Part shown: in pieces, positions 19,774-31,384 of the stretch
Layout of the letters: each line of letters begins with the position of its first letter
How positions within the stretch are numbered: the first letter of the stretch is position 1
From: an uncultured Gammaproteobacteria bacterium
GTDB lineage: Bacteria; Pseudomonadota; Gammaproteobacteria; Pseudomonadales; Pseudohongiellaceae
Length of the DNA stretch: 64,000 nt
Assembly (NCBI GenBank): GCA_913031035.1
Contig: CAJWGN010000001.1
Coordinates: 2,923 to 66,922 of the forward strand
Reading direction: 5' to 3'
Made by a program: the position numbers and the translations under genes
The notes under the pieces: generated by a model
Told to the model about the DNA's origin: nothing
The model's input: the letters and a program-made list of their open reading frames with translations, nothing else
The model's database searches: none

Positions 19774-21954
19774 CTAATGACTGCCAATGGTATTTTTTAT
19801 CACTTTCTTAACTTTGCGACTCTTGACTCTAGTAACACGAGAAACAGCCTTGATTATCCGTACTCTTTTCATCACTCGTGCCAAGTGTATTCTATTCTTA
19901 ACGTTGATTAGTAGGTTGACGATGCTGAATCTAGCATCTCGCTCAACCGTACTAATTTTTTCAATATTAGCGTCTGCTCTCGTGATTGTGGTTGCCAAGC
20001 TAGCGACGATTCCCCGCTCATTTTCTAGCTCAACTCGCAGTTCAACAATAAACTCACCCTGTACATCAGGGTCCCAACTTACCGCTACACATTTCTCGGT
20101 GTTATCCCTGATATCTGCGATGTTATTGCATCCACCTGCATGGATAACCATCCCTCGGCCGGAGCTAATGTGTCCGACAATAGGGTCACCTGGAATGGGG
20201 TGACAGCACTTCGCGAAGTTCATCACCATGCCTTCCGATCCGCGAATGTCCAATGTTCCTTGCTGCTCGGAATGGGGAAGTTCAGGCGAGCCAGGGACGC
20301 CTGCAATTGCGGTAAGGCGCTGGGCAATCATGTGGGACATGCGATTGCCTAACCCTATTTCCTCGAGCAAATCATCAACAGACTGAAGACTGGTTTGAGC
20401 AAGTACGGCATCTATATTTTCTTGCTTGACTGTATTTAACTCGCTACCAAATCCTGCTAACGCCTTGTTTAATAGACGCCGGCCTAGAGAAACTGATTCA
20501 GAATGTTTTTGGTTCTTCAAATAGTGACGAATATTACTGCGGGCTTTTCCAGTGACCACGAAACTCAACCAAGCTGGGTTTGGTTGGGTACCGGGCGCAG
20601 TTATAATTTCAACCGTTTGTCCACTTTGAAGCGTTTCGCTTAAGGGTGCTAAGCGTCTACTTACTCGGCACGCCACACAAGAGTTACCAACATCGGTATG
20701 AATAGCATAGGCAAAATCTACTGCCGTTGATCCGGCAGGAAGCTCGAATATCGTGCCCTTAGGTGTAAACACATAAATTTCATCGGGAAATAAATCGATC
20801 TTTACATTCTCGATAAATTCTAATGAGTTGCCAGCCCGGGCTTGCATCTCTAATAACCCATGCACCCATTCGCGAGCGCGCACATGGGCGTTACTTGGCA
20901 GGTCATCGCTGGATTTATATAACCAGTGAGCGGCAATACCATTGTTGGCCATCGCTTCCATTTCTTCGGTCCGAATTTGAATTTCAATTGGCACGCCATG
21001 CATACCAAAAAGAGTCGTATGAAGGGATTGGTAGCCGTTTGCTTTCGGGATGGCGATATAGTCTTTAAACCGACCAGGTACCGGTTTGTATAAGCTGTGG
21101 ACAGCGCCTAACACTCGATAGCAAGTATCAACTTTGTCGACGATAACTCTAAATGCATAGACATCCATAATCTCTGAAAAAGATTTACGTTTGCTACGCA
21201 TTTTTTCATAAATGCTAAATAAATGCTTTTCGCGGCCAATCGTTCTACTCGGAAGTTCTTCTCGTTCGAGACAGGCCTCAATGGACGTCTGAATTTGAGA
21301 GAGTATTTCTCTGCGATTGCCTCGGATGCTTTTTACGGCGGCGCTTATTCTTCTTGCCCGCATCGGGAATAAAGCTTCAAAGCCCAGTTCCTCGAACTCA
21401 ATTCGAACGTCATTCATACCCAAGCGGTTGGCAATTGGTGCATAAATATCGAGTGTTTCGCGGGCAATGCGTCGGCGCTTATCAGGGGGCAATGAACTAA
21501 GTGTGCGCATGTTGTGGAGTCGGTCGGCAATCTTTACCAAAACCACGCGCAAGTCTTTGGCCATCGCCATTGCCATTTTCTGAAAGTTCTCAGCTTGAGC
21601 TTCGGCACGGCTGCTAAATTTAATTTTATTAAGTTTGGAGACACCGTCGACGAGATCGGCAACTGTATTGCCAAACTGTGCTTTGATTGCTGTTTTGGTG
21701 ATTCCGGTGTCTTCAATAACATCATGAAGCATCGCGGCCATAAGGCTCTGCGGGTCCATGTGCATTTCGCTGAGTATAGAAGCAACGGCGAGGGGGTGCG
21801 TTACGTAAGCTTCGCCACTACGCCGAAACTGGCCCTCGTGGGCCTGCTCGGCATAAAAATATGCTCGCTTAATGGTATTAATTTGATCATTGCCAAGGTA
21901 GCCACCTAGATCGATGGCGAGAGAGTCAATTGTTTTCTCAGAGGCAATTTGCAA
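19774..21954 (-). CDS. spoT: Bifunctional (p)ppGpp synthetase/hydrolase SpoT
   Basis: 726 aa. It has an HD hydrolase domain (HPLAVASIL..MLHDVIEDT), a RelA/SpoT synthetase block (YKPVPGRFKDYIAIPKANGYQSLHT), and TGS and ACT-like regions. It sits in the rpoZ-spoT arrangement. Confidence 0.93.
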   Translation of the reverse strand: MQIASEKTIDSLAIDLGGYLGNDQINTIKRAYFYAEQAHEGQFRRSGEAYVTHPLAVASILSEMHMDPQSLMAAMLHDVIEDTGITKTAIKAQFGNTVADLVDGVSKLNKIKFSSRAEAQAENFQKMAMAMAKDLRVVLVKIADRLHNMRTLSSLPPDKRRRIARETLDIYAPIANRLGMNDVRIEFEELGFEALFPMRARRISAAVKSIRGNRREILSQIQTSIEACLEREELPSRTIGREKHLFSIYEKMRSKRKSFSEIMDVYAFRVIVDKVDTCYRVLGAVHSLYKPVPGRFKDYIAIPKANGYQSLHTTLFGMHGVPIEIQIRTEEMEAMANNGIAAHWLYKSSDDLPSNAHVRAREWVHGLLEMQARAGNSLEFIENVKIDLFPDEIYVFTPKGTIFELPAGSTAVDFAYAIHTDVGNSCVACRVSRRLAPLSETLQSGQTVEIITAPGTQPNPAWLSFVVTGKARSNIRHYLKNQKHSESVSLGRRLLNKALAGFGSELNTVKQENIDAVLAQTSLQSVDDLLEEIGLGNRMSHMIAQRLTAIAGVPGSPELPHSEQQGTLDIRGSEGMVMNFAKCCHPIPGDPIVGHISSGRGMVIHAGGCNNIADIRDNTEKCVAVSWDPDVQGEFIVELRVELENERGIVASLATTITRADANIEKISTVERDARFSIVNLLINVKNRIHLARVMKRVRIIKAVSRVTRVKSRKVKKVIKNTIGSH

Positions 21955-21972
21955 ATTAAAGTTCCAGCTACC

Positions 21973-22296
21973 CTATGCGTCTTCAGCTGGCGGAGTTTCT
22001 TTCGAGGTGCTTTCTTCCGCTAATGCGGCAGTTTCAGCTGCACCAGCATCAACGCTATGCAGTTCTTCAGCTACGTCCTCTAGCTCGAGACTCGGCTTCT
22101 CAATTAATATTTTAGCGTCGATAAACCCATCAGCAATTTCTCGTAGAGCTAAAACCGTAGGTTTGTCGTTGTCCAGAGAGACCAAGGCATCTTTGCCGCC
22201 AGTCTGAATCTGTCTTGCTCGCTTGCTGGACACCATCACTAGTTCGAAACGGTTATCAACATTTTCCAAGCAATCTTCTACTGTAATTCGTGCCAT
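21973..22296 (-). CDS. rpoZ: RNA polymerase subunit omega
   Basis: [29 protein letters not shown] is the RpoZ hallmark. Confidence 0.93.
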   Translation of the reverse strand: MARITVEDCLENVDNRFELVMVSSKRARQIQTGGKDALVSLDNDKPTVLALREIADGFIDAKILIEKPSLELEDVAEELHSVDAGAAETAALAEESTSKETPPAEDA

Positions 22297-22420
22297 GATC
22301 TTTCCTTAATGTGGCTCCCATACCCAAAATCGGAGAGCAAAATGGGCTGTTGAGAAGGTTTTTCTCTGGACTATGCCAAGGGCTCGGGATTCTACTGAAT
22401 TTCAACACAAAAAGCAGCTT

Positions 22421-23062
22421 TTATAGGGGTTTTTTAAGCATTGCCTCACGGTGGCCTAAGCTGGTCAACAATTCAGCCTTATTGAATTGCTGGGATATGA
22501 CCGTTAAACGCCAAGACCTGACAATCGCACGCATATCGGCTAATGCTGTATCAAAATCGTCATTTACAACAATATAGTCCGCTCCGGCAACGTGAGTGAT
22601 GTCACTAACGGCCTGCCGCATTCGTCTATCTATGGTGTCTTTGTCGTCTTGGCCTCGGCCTTCTAGCCGTTCTCTGAGGCTTTCGAGGGAGGGCGGTAGG
22701 ATAAAAATAGAACAAGCCTCGGGGTTCAGTTTGCGTACCTGCTGCGCTCCCTGCCAATCTATTTCCAAAATAACATCTTTGCCGTCTTGGAGCTGCTCCC
22801 CGACCCAAATCTTTGAGGTACCGTAGTGGCTGCCATACACCTCAGCGTTCTCGAAAAAAGCGCTTTGATCTAACATGTCCATGAAATGGTCTTTGCTGAC
22901 AAAATGATAGTTAATACCATCGCTCTCGCCAGGCCGTGCAGGCCTAGTTGTGTGAGATACCGAGACACACAGATCGTCCCCCCCATCAACTAACGACTTT
23001 ACCAACGATGTTTTGCCTGCACCCGAAGGGGCAGTGACTATAATGAGATTTCCTTTGGTCAT
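22421..23062 (-). CDS. gmk: Guanylate kinase
   Basis: Has the P-loop APSGAGKTSL and the TTRPARPGE..GINYHFV motif. Confidence 0.93.
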   Translation of the reverse strand: MTKGNLIIVTAPSGAGKTSLVKSLVDGGDDLCVSVSHTTRPARPGESDGINYHFVSKDHFMDMLDQSAFFENAEVYGSHYGTSKIWVGEQLQDGKDVILEIDWQGAQQVRKLNPEACSIFILPPSLESLRERLEGRGQDDKDTIDRRMRQAVSDITHVAGADYIVVNDDFDTALADMRAIVRSWRLTVISQQFNKAELLTSLGHREAMLKKPL

Positions 23063-23108
23063 GACTTAAGTTTACCTTAACTATCACAGCAAGCGGGAGT
23101 GAAGTCCG

Positions 23109-23975
23109 CTATTCAATGTTTTGAATTTGCTCGCGCATTTGCTCAATGAGCACCTTTAATTCGACGGCATCTAGCGTCGTCTCTATCACTATCGATTTTG
23201 AGGATAGTGTATTTGCTTCTCGATTTAGTTCTTGCATCAAAAAATCTAGTCGTCGGCCTTTTTGGCCTTGGGTATCCAGCACTCTTTTGACCTCGATTAA
23301 ATGTGCATCGAGTCGGTCTAATTCTTCATCGACATCTGCTTTTTGGGCAAGCAAGGCGACTTCTTGTTCTAGCCTCATGGGTTCAATTTCAGCCTTGAGT
23401 TCGGTGATTTTTGCCACTAAGGACTGTCGCTGCAACATCAGGATTTGAGGAAGCTTGGCTCGAATAGAGACAACGATTTCGGCTATAGAATCAAGCCGCT
23501 GTTGAATAAACCCTTTCATTGCCTCGCCTTCCCGAGCTCGACTCGTTATGTGTTCATCCAAGGCGTGGTTAAAGGCAGCAAGGGCCTGTTTTTCTATGTC
23601 GGCGGTATCAAACTGTGCTTCCTTGAGAACCCCGGGCCACTTCAACAATTCATTGCTGGTAATGTGTTGGGAATGTCCGGTGATCTGTTCAAGCTCAGTG
23701 TTGGCCCGAATGAGTTTTCGGACCAAATCAGTGTCCAGATTGATTTCTGACTGCTGGTGTTCAACAAACTGATAACGCAGTTGGCATTCTACTTTGCCGC
23801 GATTTAGTTTTTTACGGAGTGTTTCGCGAACAGCATTTTCTAGGCTTCTGAAACTATCCGGGAGCCTAACGCTTGTTTCTAGATAGCGATGGTTAACAGA
23901 TCTTATCTCCCAGGTGATCGAACCCCAGTCAGCGCTGACTTGTTGGCGCGAGAAGGCGGTCATACTGTGTGTCAT
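23109..23975 (-). CDS. yicC: YicC family stress-induced protein
   Basis: 288 aa with MT.FSR..., SVNHRYLE and a C-terminal EQMREQIQNIE. It is divergent from rph, as in enterics and pseudomonads. Confidence 0.88.
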   Translation of the reverse strand: MTHSMTAFSRQQVSADWGSITWEIRSVNHRYLETSVRLPDSFRSLENAVRETLRKKLNRGKVECQLRYQFVEHQQSEINLDTDLVRKLIRANTELEQITGHSQHITSNELLKWPGVLKEAQFDTADIEKQALAAFNHALDEHITSRAREGEAMKGFIQQRLDSIAEIVVSIRAKLPQILMLQRQSLVAKITELKAEIEPMRLEQEVALLAQKADVDEELDRLDAHLIEVKRVLDTQGQKGRRLDFLMQELNREANTLSSKSIVIETTLDAVELKVLIEQMREQIQNIE

Positions 23976-24119
23976 ATTGAATCATCCATAGATGTGTTCG
24001 TTTATTTTAACTGAACCAAGAGTTAAACGCAGCGGCATTTGCTTTCTCGCCATTGAATTGAATTTCAAGGATAATCTTACTTCTCGACTAATACTTCTTT
24101 AATCCGTTTGGAAAACCTT

Positions 24120-24860
24120 ATGTCTGATTCACCAACATTTACCACCCGTCCCAGTGGCAGAGAGCCTTCACAACTAAGAGAGATCAAACTGACGCGTCGC
24201 TATACAAAACACGCAGAGGGGTCGGTGCTGGTGGAATTTGGCGATACCAAGGTGCTATGTACTGCGTCTGTAGAGACATCAGTACCTCGATTCCTTAAAG
24301 GATCTGGGCAGGGATGGATTACCGCAGAGTACGGTATGTTGCCTCGCTCTACTGGTTCTAGGATGGATAGAGAAGCGGCAAGAGGTAAGCAGTCAGGCCG
24401 GACTCAAGAAATTCAAAGGCTCATTGGTCGGTCCCTTCGTGCCGCGGTAGATATGAAGAAACTGGGTGAGAATACGATTAAAATTGACTGTGATGTGATT
24501 CAGGCAGATGGAGGCACTCGCACAGCATCGATTACCGGCGGCTGTGTTGCGCTTATCGATGCCATAGACTTTTTGGTAAAATCCAAAAAGCTAAAAGCAA
24601 GTCCGATCAAGCAAATGATCGCATCAGTGTCTGTCGGTATATGGAAAGGGCAGCCGGTTCTCGATCTAGATTATGCAGAAGATTCAACCGCTGAAACGGA
24701 TATGAATATAGTCATGACTGAATCGGGAGGGTTTATCGAACTGCAAGGAACTGGTGAGGACGGTGATTTTAAGCGCAGCGAACTAGATGCAATGGTTTTA
24801 TTGGCAGAAGATGGCATCCAAGAACTTTTCGCCCACCAAAAGAAAGCCTTAGATTTATAA
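24120..24860 (+). CDS. rph: Ribonuclease PH
   Basis: [23 protein letters not shown]...[14 protein letters not shown]...[18 protein letters not shown] is near-identical to E. coli Rph. I prefer the ATG at 24120; the track ORF begins at TTG 24108. Confidence 0.93.
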   Translation: MSDSPTFTTRPSGREPSQLREIKLTRRYTKHAEGSVLVEFGDTKVLCTASVETSVPRFLKGSGQGWITAEYGMLPRSTGSRMDREAARGKQSGRTQEIQRLIGRSLRAAVDMKKLGENTIKIDCDVIQADGGTRTASITGGCVALIDAIDFLVKSKKLKASPIKQMIASVSVGIWKGQPVLDLDYAEDSTAETDMNIVMTESGGFIELQGTGEDGDFKRSELDAMVLLAEDGIQELFAHQKKALDL

Positions 24861-24878
24861 AGCAGTTAGGGAGAAATC

Positions 24879-25529
24879 ATGCGTCAGTTTCAATCTGATT
24901 TTCTAGACTTTGTAGTTGATCATGAAATTTTAAAATTCGGGGAATTTACACTCAAATCTGGCCGGGTGAGCCCGTATTTTTTTAATGCGGGCCTGTTTAA
25001 TACCGGTGAGAAAATAGCCTTTCTGGCAAACTCATATGCCGATGCTATAGCCTCTTCTGGGTTAGATTTCGATGTGCTTTTTGGCCCGGCTTACAAAGGT
25101 ATACCGCTGGCCACTGCTACTTCGATGGCGTTAGCAACCAATCAGGGAATCAATAAGCCTTTTTGCTTCAATCGCAAAGAAGCCAAGGATCACGGTGAAG
25201 GTGGCACTATTGTTGGGGCCGCGTTGACCGGTAAAACTCTCGTCATTGATGATGTGATTACTGCGGGTACTGCAATTCGAGAAGCGGCCGAAATTCTGGC
25301 AGACAATGGTGCTGTTCTATGCGGCATCGCTGTGGCTATGGATAGACAAGAAAAAGGCACTGGCTCCAAATCGGCGATTCAAGAGATTGAAGAAAACTAC
25401 CAAGTGCCCGTCATCAGTATTATTAACTTAGAAAACATAATTGATTATTTAGCTCAGGCAAGCGATCCGCATTTTCAGATCTACATAAACGCAGTCAAAA
25501 GTTATCGCAGTGAATACGGTGTGAATTGA
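24879..25529 (+). CDS. pyrE: Orotate phosphoribosyltransferase
   Basis: Has F.LKSGR.SPYFFN and the PRPP motif LVIDDVITAGTA. An SD sequence aGGGAG lies upstream. Confidence 0.93.
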   Translation: MRQFQSDFLDFVVDHEILKFGEFTLKSGRVSPYFFNAGLFNTGEKIAFLANSYADAIASSGLDFDVLFGPAYKGIPLATATSMALATNQGINKPFCFNRKEAKDHGEGGTIVGAALTGKTLVIDDVITAGTAIREAAEILADNGAVLCGIAVAMDRQEKGTGSKSAIQEIEENYQVPVISIINLENIIDYLAQASDPHFQIYINAVKSYRSEYGVN

Positions 25530-25542
25530 GACTGGCATCAGT

Positions 25543-26187
25543 CTAAACTGATGCATGCTCATCAGCCTCGCCGCTGGCATTTGCGTCAAGATTATAAGGA
25601 GTAAATAAATTTCTGTTTAGAAACTCCCACTGGATATCCCAGTTTTCCAACGGCGACTGCTTAAACTCACTTCTGACAAATTGTACTAGTCTGCCTTCGC
25701 AAGAAGCTAGAAGAAGGTTTGCTAGTGCGTTAGGCGAAGCTGTGGGTTTAAGGTTTTCGCGGATTTGGGCTTCTCGCAGTACCTGTTTTAATTGAGATTC
25801 TAGGCGTCCAAAAAACTGTGCAATACGTGTTCGAAGGCGCTCAGTTTCCCCCGCTAATGCATCGCCGGTGAGTAATCTGGTCATTCCGGGATTTTTGGCT
25901 GAGAAAGTAAGTAGCAGTGTGAGAATTTTATGGCAGCGAATTTCTGCGCTATTTTCTTCACTTAGAATTCTTGAGATCCGAAGAAACAGGGTGTCCTCAA
26001 TAAACTTGATTAAGCCTTCAAACATGCGTGCTTTGCTCGGAAAATGACGATAGAGCGCAGCCTCTGAGACACCAACTTCTTTGGCAAGTGCTGCGGTCGT
26101 AATTCGCTCTCCAGGCGCGGCCTCAAGCATACGAGCGAGGGCTTGAAGAATTTGGTCTTTTCTTGAGATCTTTATGCTGTTTTCCAT
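25543..26187 (-). CDS. slmA: Nucleoid occlusion factor SlmA (TetR family)
   Basis: ITTAALAKEVGVSEAALYRHFPSKARMFEGLIKFIEDTL and NPGMTRLLTGDAL..FCEG-like blocks align closely with E. coli SlmA as I recall it. Confidence 0.82.
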   Translation of the reverse strand: MENSIKISRKDQILQALARMLEAAPGERITTAALAKEVGVSEAALYRHFPSKARMFEGLIKFIEDTLFLRISRILSEENSAEIRCHKILTLLLTFSAKNPGMTRLLTGDALAGETERLRTRIAQFFGRLESQLKQVLREAQIRENLKPTASPNALANLLLASCEGRLVQFVRSEFKQSPLENWDIQWEFLNRNLFTPYNLDANASGEADEHASV

Positions 26188-26250
26188 AATCGTTACACAT
26201 CTTTTAAGCGATGCCCAAATTCGACTGGGCGGCTAGATTGAAAGCGGATT

Positions 26251-27156
<906 letters not shown>

Positions 27157-27230
27157 TTAAGCGAAAAATCGGGTTAGTTAGCAGTTAGTAACTAGCTAAG
27201 CCAATGTAATCGGCCGATCAAGTCAAAAAT

Positions 27231-28652
27231 CTAGAAGTTTAAGTGTAATTTTTTATCTACACACAGGAGCAAAGCCCTGAATTGAGCCTTAATAAACTCG
27301 ATTTGCTCATCTGTATTAGCTTCAAAGCGGAGTAATAGGGCAGGGCTGGTATTGGAGGCTCTGACTAGCCCCCAGCCAAACTCAAATTCCACTCGCAGTC
27401 CATCAAGAAGAATTATTTTAGAATTGGGAAAGTCGGCATTGTGTTGAAGCTGGGCAACTAGCTCAAACTTATCTTCATCACTTACCGCTACTGATATTTC
27501 ATCGGTGCTTATGGGTGTTTTATAAGATGCGAATTCAACCGCGCTCGAATGGCCTTGCTGACTAATTGATTCAACAACTCTTGCTGCCGCGTAAAGGCCA
27601 TCGTCAAAGCCAAACCACCGGTCTTTGATAAAAACATGGGCGGCGTATTCGCCTCCTAAGGGCGCATTAGTCTCTAGCATTTTCTGTTTCATAAACGAAT
27701 GGCCGCTGCGGTGCATCACAGGTACAGCGCCAAGTTCAGCAATAAGTTGACCTAATGCAGCACTACTTTTCACATCAAAAATTATGGGCTGGCCAGGGTA
27801 AAGCGGTGCAATTGATTTAACTAACAACATCAGCAGCTTATCAGTTGAGACGGTTTCACCTTTGTTGGTGACCAATCCAAGTCGATCACCATCACCATCA
27901 AAAGCGATGCCGAGGTCTGCCTTTTGCAGAACAACTTGGTCGGCAAGCTGCTTCATGTTTTTGGGGTTTGTTGGGTCGGGGTGATGGTTTGGAAATGAAC
28001 CATCGAGCTCACAAAACAACGGTATGACGTCACAGCCCAGGCGTTTAAAAAGTAGCGGTGCAATAAGCCCTGGAACGGCATTGCCGCAGTCAATGACTAG
28101 CCTCAAAGGCCTGCTGAGCTTTATTCTGGAACAAATAGCGGCTAAATAGCTTTCTGATGCGTCCAGTTCGATGTATTGACCAGAGCCGTGTCTTAGGTAG
28201 CCTGAGTCGACCCTAGATCTGATCTGTTGAATTTGATTTTCGGCGAGGCAAGTTTTGTTAAACACAATTTTCAAGCCATTATAATTAGCCGGATTGTGAC
28301 TTGCTGTGAGCATAACCCCAGAAGCGGCTTGGCAAGTATGAGTTGCAAAATAAAGCATGGGCGTTGGAATCAACCCTAAGTCGATTACGTTGCAGCCGGC
28401 TTCTAAAACACCTTTAATTAATGCTTTAGCCAGTACAGGACTAGATAAGCGGGCGTCAGATCCTATTAAAAGCGTATCGATACCAATGTCGAGTGCTTCT
28501 GAGGCGATTGCCTTAGCGATAAGTTCAACAATATCGGAAGTTAATTCTGAGCCTGCGATACCTCGTATATCGTAGGCTCTAAATATTGTGGCAGGAATTA
28601 ATGGTGTATGGAGGTCACTTTCCTCTGTAAAAGGGCCGCTATTTTCAAGCAT
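27231..28652 (-). CDS. algC: Phosphomannomutase/phosphoglucomutase
   Basis: Has the phosphoserine loop MLTASHNPANYNG, the Mg loop FDGDGDRL and the sugar loop GGEYAAH. It sits in an argB-algC-coaBC order like Pseudomonas. Confidence 0.9.
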   Translation of the reverse strand: MLENSGPFTEESDLHTPLIPATIFRAYDIRGIAGSELTSDIVELIAKAIASEALDIGIDTLLIGSDARLSSPVLAKALIKGVLEAGCNVIDLGLIPTPMLYFATHTCQAASGVMLTASHNPANYNGLKIVFNKTCLAENQIQQIRSRVDSGYLRHGSGQYIELDASESYLAAICSRIKLSRPLRLVIDCGNAVPGLIAPLLFKRLGCDVIPLFCELDGSFPNHHPDPTNPKNMKQLADQVVLQKADLGIAFDGDGDRLGLVTNKGETVSTDKLLMLLVKSIAPLYPGQPIIFDVKSSAALGQLIAELGAVPVMHRSGHSFMKQKMLETNAPLGGEYAAHVFIKDRWFGFDDGLYAAARVVESISQQGHSSAVEFASYKTPISTDEISVAVSDEDKFELVAQLQHNADFPNSKIILLDGLRVEFEFGWGLVRASNTSPALLLRFEANTDEQIEFIKAQFRALLLCVDKKLHLNF

Positions 28653-28674
28653 GGACTGAATCTTCTATAAGGTT

Positions 28675-29859
28675 TTAGTTCAATCGATCAGAAATTAGAG
28701 AGAGCATACGCCTCGCCGCTACGTTTTTATTTGAGGTTGGAAATTCTTGGCTTCCTTGTTTGGAAATAGCCGTTACGGTGATATTGTCATTATTGAAGGT
28801 TTCGACTGCATTGTTTGCAAATAGCAGATCGAGATTTTTCTTCTCCAATTTAGCTGTGCCGTTTTCGAGTATGTTCTCAGTTTCGGCCGCGAAACCAACA
28901 ACAAGCGGGCGCTTCGGCAATTTAGAAACTTCACTGATTATATCTGGGTTTCTAATTAGCAGGATTTCTAGCTGGTCACTTTTCTTTTTAATTTTTGTGG
29001 TTTCAACCGTTGCAGGGCGGTAATCAGCGACTGCAGCCACGCCGATGAAAATGTCTGCATCGTCAACAGCTTGTAGACTAGCCGCCAACATTTCCGAGGC
29101 CGTTGTTACATCAATACGAATAACTCCATCAGGTTTGGGTAAGTTCACCGGTCCACTTATCAAAGTGACCTTGGCACCAGCGCTGTATGCTTCTTGCGCC
29201 AACGCATAAGCCATTTTCCCTGAACTGTGATTAGTTAAGAAGCGAACAGGGTCTAAGGCTTCTCTTGTTGGTCCGCCGGTAATCACAACGTGTTTCCCTG
29301 CAAGTTTGCCTGTTTCAAAAAGTGCGGCACAGGCTTTGGCAATTTCCAAGGGCTCTAGCATTCTACCAAGGCCGATATCACCGCAGGCTTGTTCACCTGC
29401 CGCCGGGCCAAATATGTGAAAACCACGCTGCTGTAGAGTTGCTAAGTTAGCCTGAGTGCTTTGATCGGCCCACATGCCTTGATTCATAGCAGGGGCGAGG
29501 GCCACTGTAGCCGGTGCTGCTAGGACGAGTGTTGTTAGTAGGTCGTTGGCATGGCCGTTCGCTAAACGGGCCATGGCGTCCGCTGTGGTCGGTGCTACGA
29601 GGATTAAGTCTGCCCAGCGAGCCAACTCTATATGGCCCATGCCTGCCTCTGCCTCTGCATCGAGCAAATCTAGTTGGACCCGATTACCAGACAATGCTTG
29701 CATGGTTAACGGGGTCACAAATTCTGTTGAGGCTTTTGTCATTACTACGCGAACGTCGGCCCCGGCTTTAGTAAAAAGTCGGGTAAGTTCAGCACATTTG
29801 TAGGCGGCAATCCCGCCGGTTATCCCTAAGAGGATTCGCTTATTAGAGAGGCTCAGCAT
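28675..29859 (-). CDS. coaBC: Bifunctional phosphopantothenoylcysteine decarboxylase / phosphopantothenate-cysteine ligase
   Basis: Has an N-terminal flavoprotein motif ILLGITGGIAAYK and PAMN. The C-terminal CoaB domain shows ITGGPTRE..D.VR.L.N.SSGKMG-like. Confidence 0.93.
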   Translation of the reverse strand: MLSLSNKRILLGITGGIAAYKCAELTRLFTKAGADVRVVMTKASTEFVTPLTMQALSGNRVQLDLLDAEAEAGMGHIELARWADLILVAPTTADAMARLANGHANDLLTTLVLAAPATVALAPAMNQGMWADQSTQANLATLQQRGFHIFGPAAGEQACGDIGLGRMLEPLEIAKACAALFETGKLAGKHVVITGGPTREALDPVRFLTNHSSGKMAYALAQEAYSAGAKVTLISGPVNLPKPDGVIRIDVTTASEMLAASLQAVDDADIFIGVAAVADYRPATVETTKIKKKSDQLEILLIRNPDIISEVSKLPKRPLVVGFAAETENILENGTAKLEKKNLDLLFANNAVETFNNDNITVTAISKQGSQEFPTSNKNVAARRMLSLISDRLN

Positions 29860-29995
29860 AGTTTTAAAGCTTGGACAGGCTATGTAAAACGGGAATACAG
29901 ACTAGCAGTTAGGCTATGGTTAAGCAATTTCAGCACTTGTTTTGCCCTTGTGTTTTAAGCGTCTACTCTTATCTATTTTCAAAGAGGAATGACAT

Positions 29996-30670
29996 GTGAA
30001 TATTTCTAATTGGCCTCTCTTAGAGAGGCCAAAAGAGAAATTAATTTCATTCGGGGCAGACAAGCTCTCGGATGCAGAGCTCATCGCTTGCGTTCTTCAG
30101 TCAGGGATTAAAGGCCTGGACGTGATGGAATTGGCCCGTTTGCTGCTGGTTGAGTTCGATGGCCTGCGCGGGGTGCTCGGGGCCTCTAGGGATGAAATCT
30201 GTGGCGTTAAAGGACTGGGCGAATCGAAATATGCCCGCCTAGCGGTAATTGTAGAGCTAGGTAATCGCTGCAGATTGGAGTCTTTAAAAAAGCGCGAGGT
30301 CTTAAACGGCGCTAGCCATACTAAAGAGTACCTAAAGGCAAAATACCAAGGACTGGATTCAGAGATTTTCAGCTGTTTATTTCTAGACTCTCAGCATCAG
30401 CTAATTGTCGTGGAAGAGCTGTTTAGTGGCACAATTGATGGTGCGGCCGTTTATCCACGGGAAGTGGTTAAAAAGTGTTTAAAGTACGGTAGCGCGGCGG
30501 TAATATTTGCTCATAATCACCCTTCTGGTATTGCTGAGCCAAGCCAGGCAGACATCGCTATCACGGCAAAACTTAAGTCGGCTTTGGCCACAATTGACGT
30601 AAGAGTGCTGGACCACTTAATCATAGGAGACCCTAATATCACTTCGCTGGCAGAAAGAGGTCTGATGTAA
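29996..30670 (+). CDS. radC: RadC family (JAB/MPN) protein
   Basis: Has the JAMM motif FAHNHPSG.AEPSQAD and an HhH-like N-terminus. The start is GTG at 29996 because the adjacent ATG at 29994 runs straight into TGA. Confidence 0.88.
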   Translation: MNISNWPLLERPKEKLISFGADKLSDAELIACVLQSGIKGLDVMELARLLLVEFDGLRGVLGASRDEICGVKGLGESKYARLAVIVELGNRCRLESLKKREVLNGASHTKEYLKAKYQGLDSEIFSCLFLDSQHQLIVVEELFSGTIDGAAVYPREVVKKCLKYGSAAVIFAHNHPSGIAEPSQADIAITAKLKSALATIDVRVLDHLIIGDPNITSLAERGLM

Positions 30671-30824
30671 GCTCTTGATAAGCTTAGGGTTGGATTATTT
30701 AGTTTAAGCTTATGGTTGCTATTGGAAAGGTGTTCTGGTATAAAACGCAGCTCTTTTTTGGCCTTGTAAGAACTTAGTTACGGGGTCAGTCATTCTTTAC
30801 AATATTTAACAATGAGGCAGCGAC

Positions 30825-31061
30825 ATGTCCAGGATATGTATGGTCACTGGTAAAAAGCCAGTAGCCGGAAACAATGTGTCCCACGCGAATAACCGAACTA
30901 AGCGTCGATTCTCGCCAAACATCCATACTCATAAATTTTGGGTGGAGTCAGAGAAGCGTTTTGTGAAACTGCGTTTGTCTACTAAAGGCATGCGTATTAT
31001 CGACAAAAACGGTATCGACGCTGTGTTGACAAACATCCGCAACAATGGAGTTCGGGTTTAA
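30825..31061 (+). CDS. rpmB: 50S ribosomal protein L28
   Basis: [31 protein letters not shown] is canonical L28. Confidence 0.96.
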   Translation: MSRICMVTGKKPVAGNNVSHANNRTKRRFSPNIHTHKFWVESEKRFVKLRLSTKGMRIIDKNGIDAVLTNIRNNGVRV

Positions 31062-31091
31062 TCCGAGTTCGCGGAAATTGGGAGATTTAAC

Positions 31092-31247
31092 ATGAGAGAT
31101 AAGATTAAGTTAGTATCAAGTGCCAAAACTGGCCACTATTACACGACTGACAAAAATAAGCGTACTACGCCTGACAAAATGGAAATCAAGAAATACGATC
31201 CAGTTGTCCGCAAACACGTTATGTATAAAGAAGCTAAGATCAAGTAG
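31092..31247 (+). CDS. rpmG: 50S ribosomal protein L33
   Basis: It is not in the ORF track because it is under 60 aa. My own translation is [51 protein letters not shown]. An SD GGGAGA lies upstream and the gene is directly downstream of rpmB. Confidence 0.93.
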   Translation: MRDKIKLVSSAKTGHYYTTDKNKRTTPDKMEIKKYDPVVRKHVMYKEAKIK

Positions 31248-31282
31248 TTTTATTGCACTAGATTGGCTTAGTTAAACGAAAA

Positions 31283-31320
31283 AGCCGGCTCTTGATACCA
31301 AGAGCCGGCTTTTTCGTTTT
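31283..31320 (+). terminator. Rho-independent terminator of rpmBG
   Basis: AGCCGGCTCTT-gatacc-AAGAGCCGGCT forms a perfect 11-bp stem followed by TTTTTCGTTTT. Confidence 0.85.
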
Positions 31321-31384
31321 CTTTTCGATTCTGGACAAACTGGCTCTAAGGGTCTCTTTCGTCCTCATTTATCATCAATCGTAT

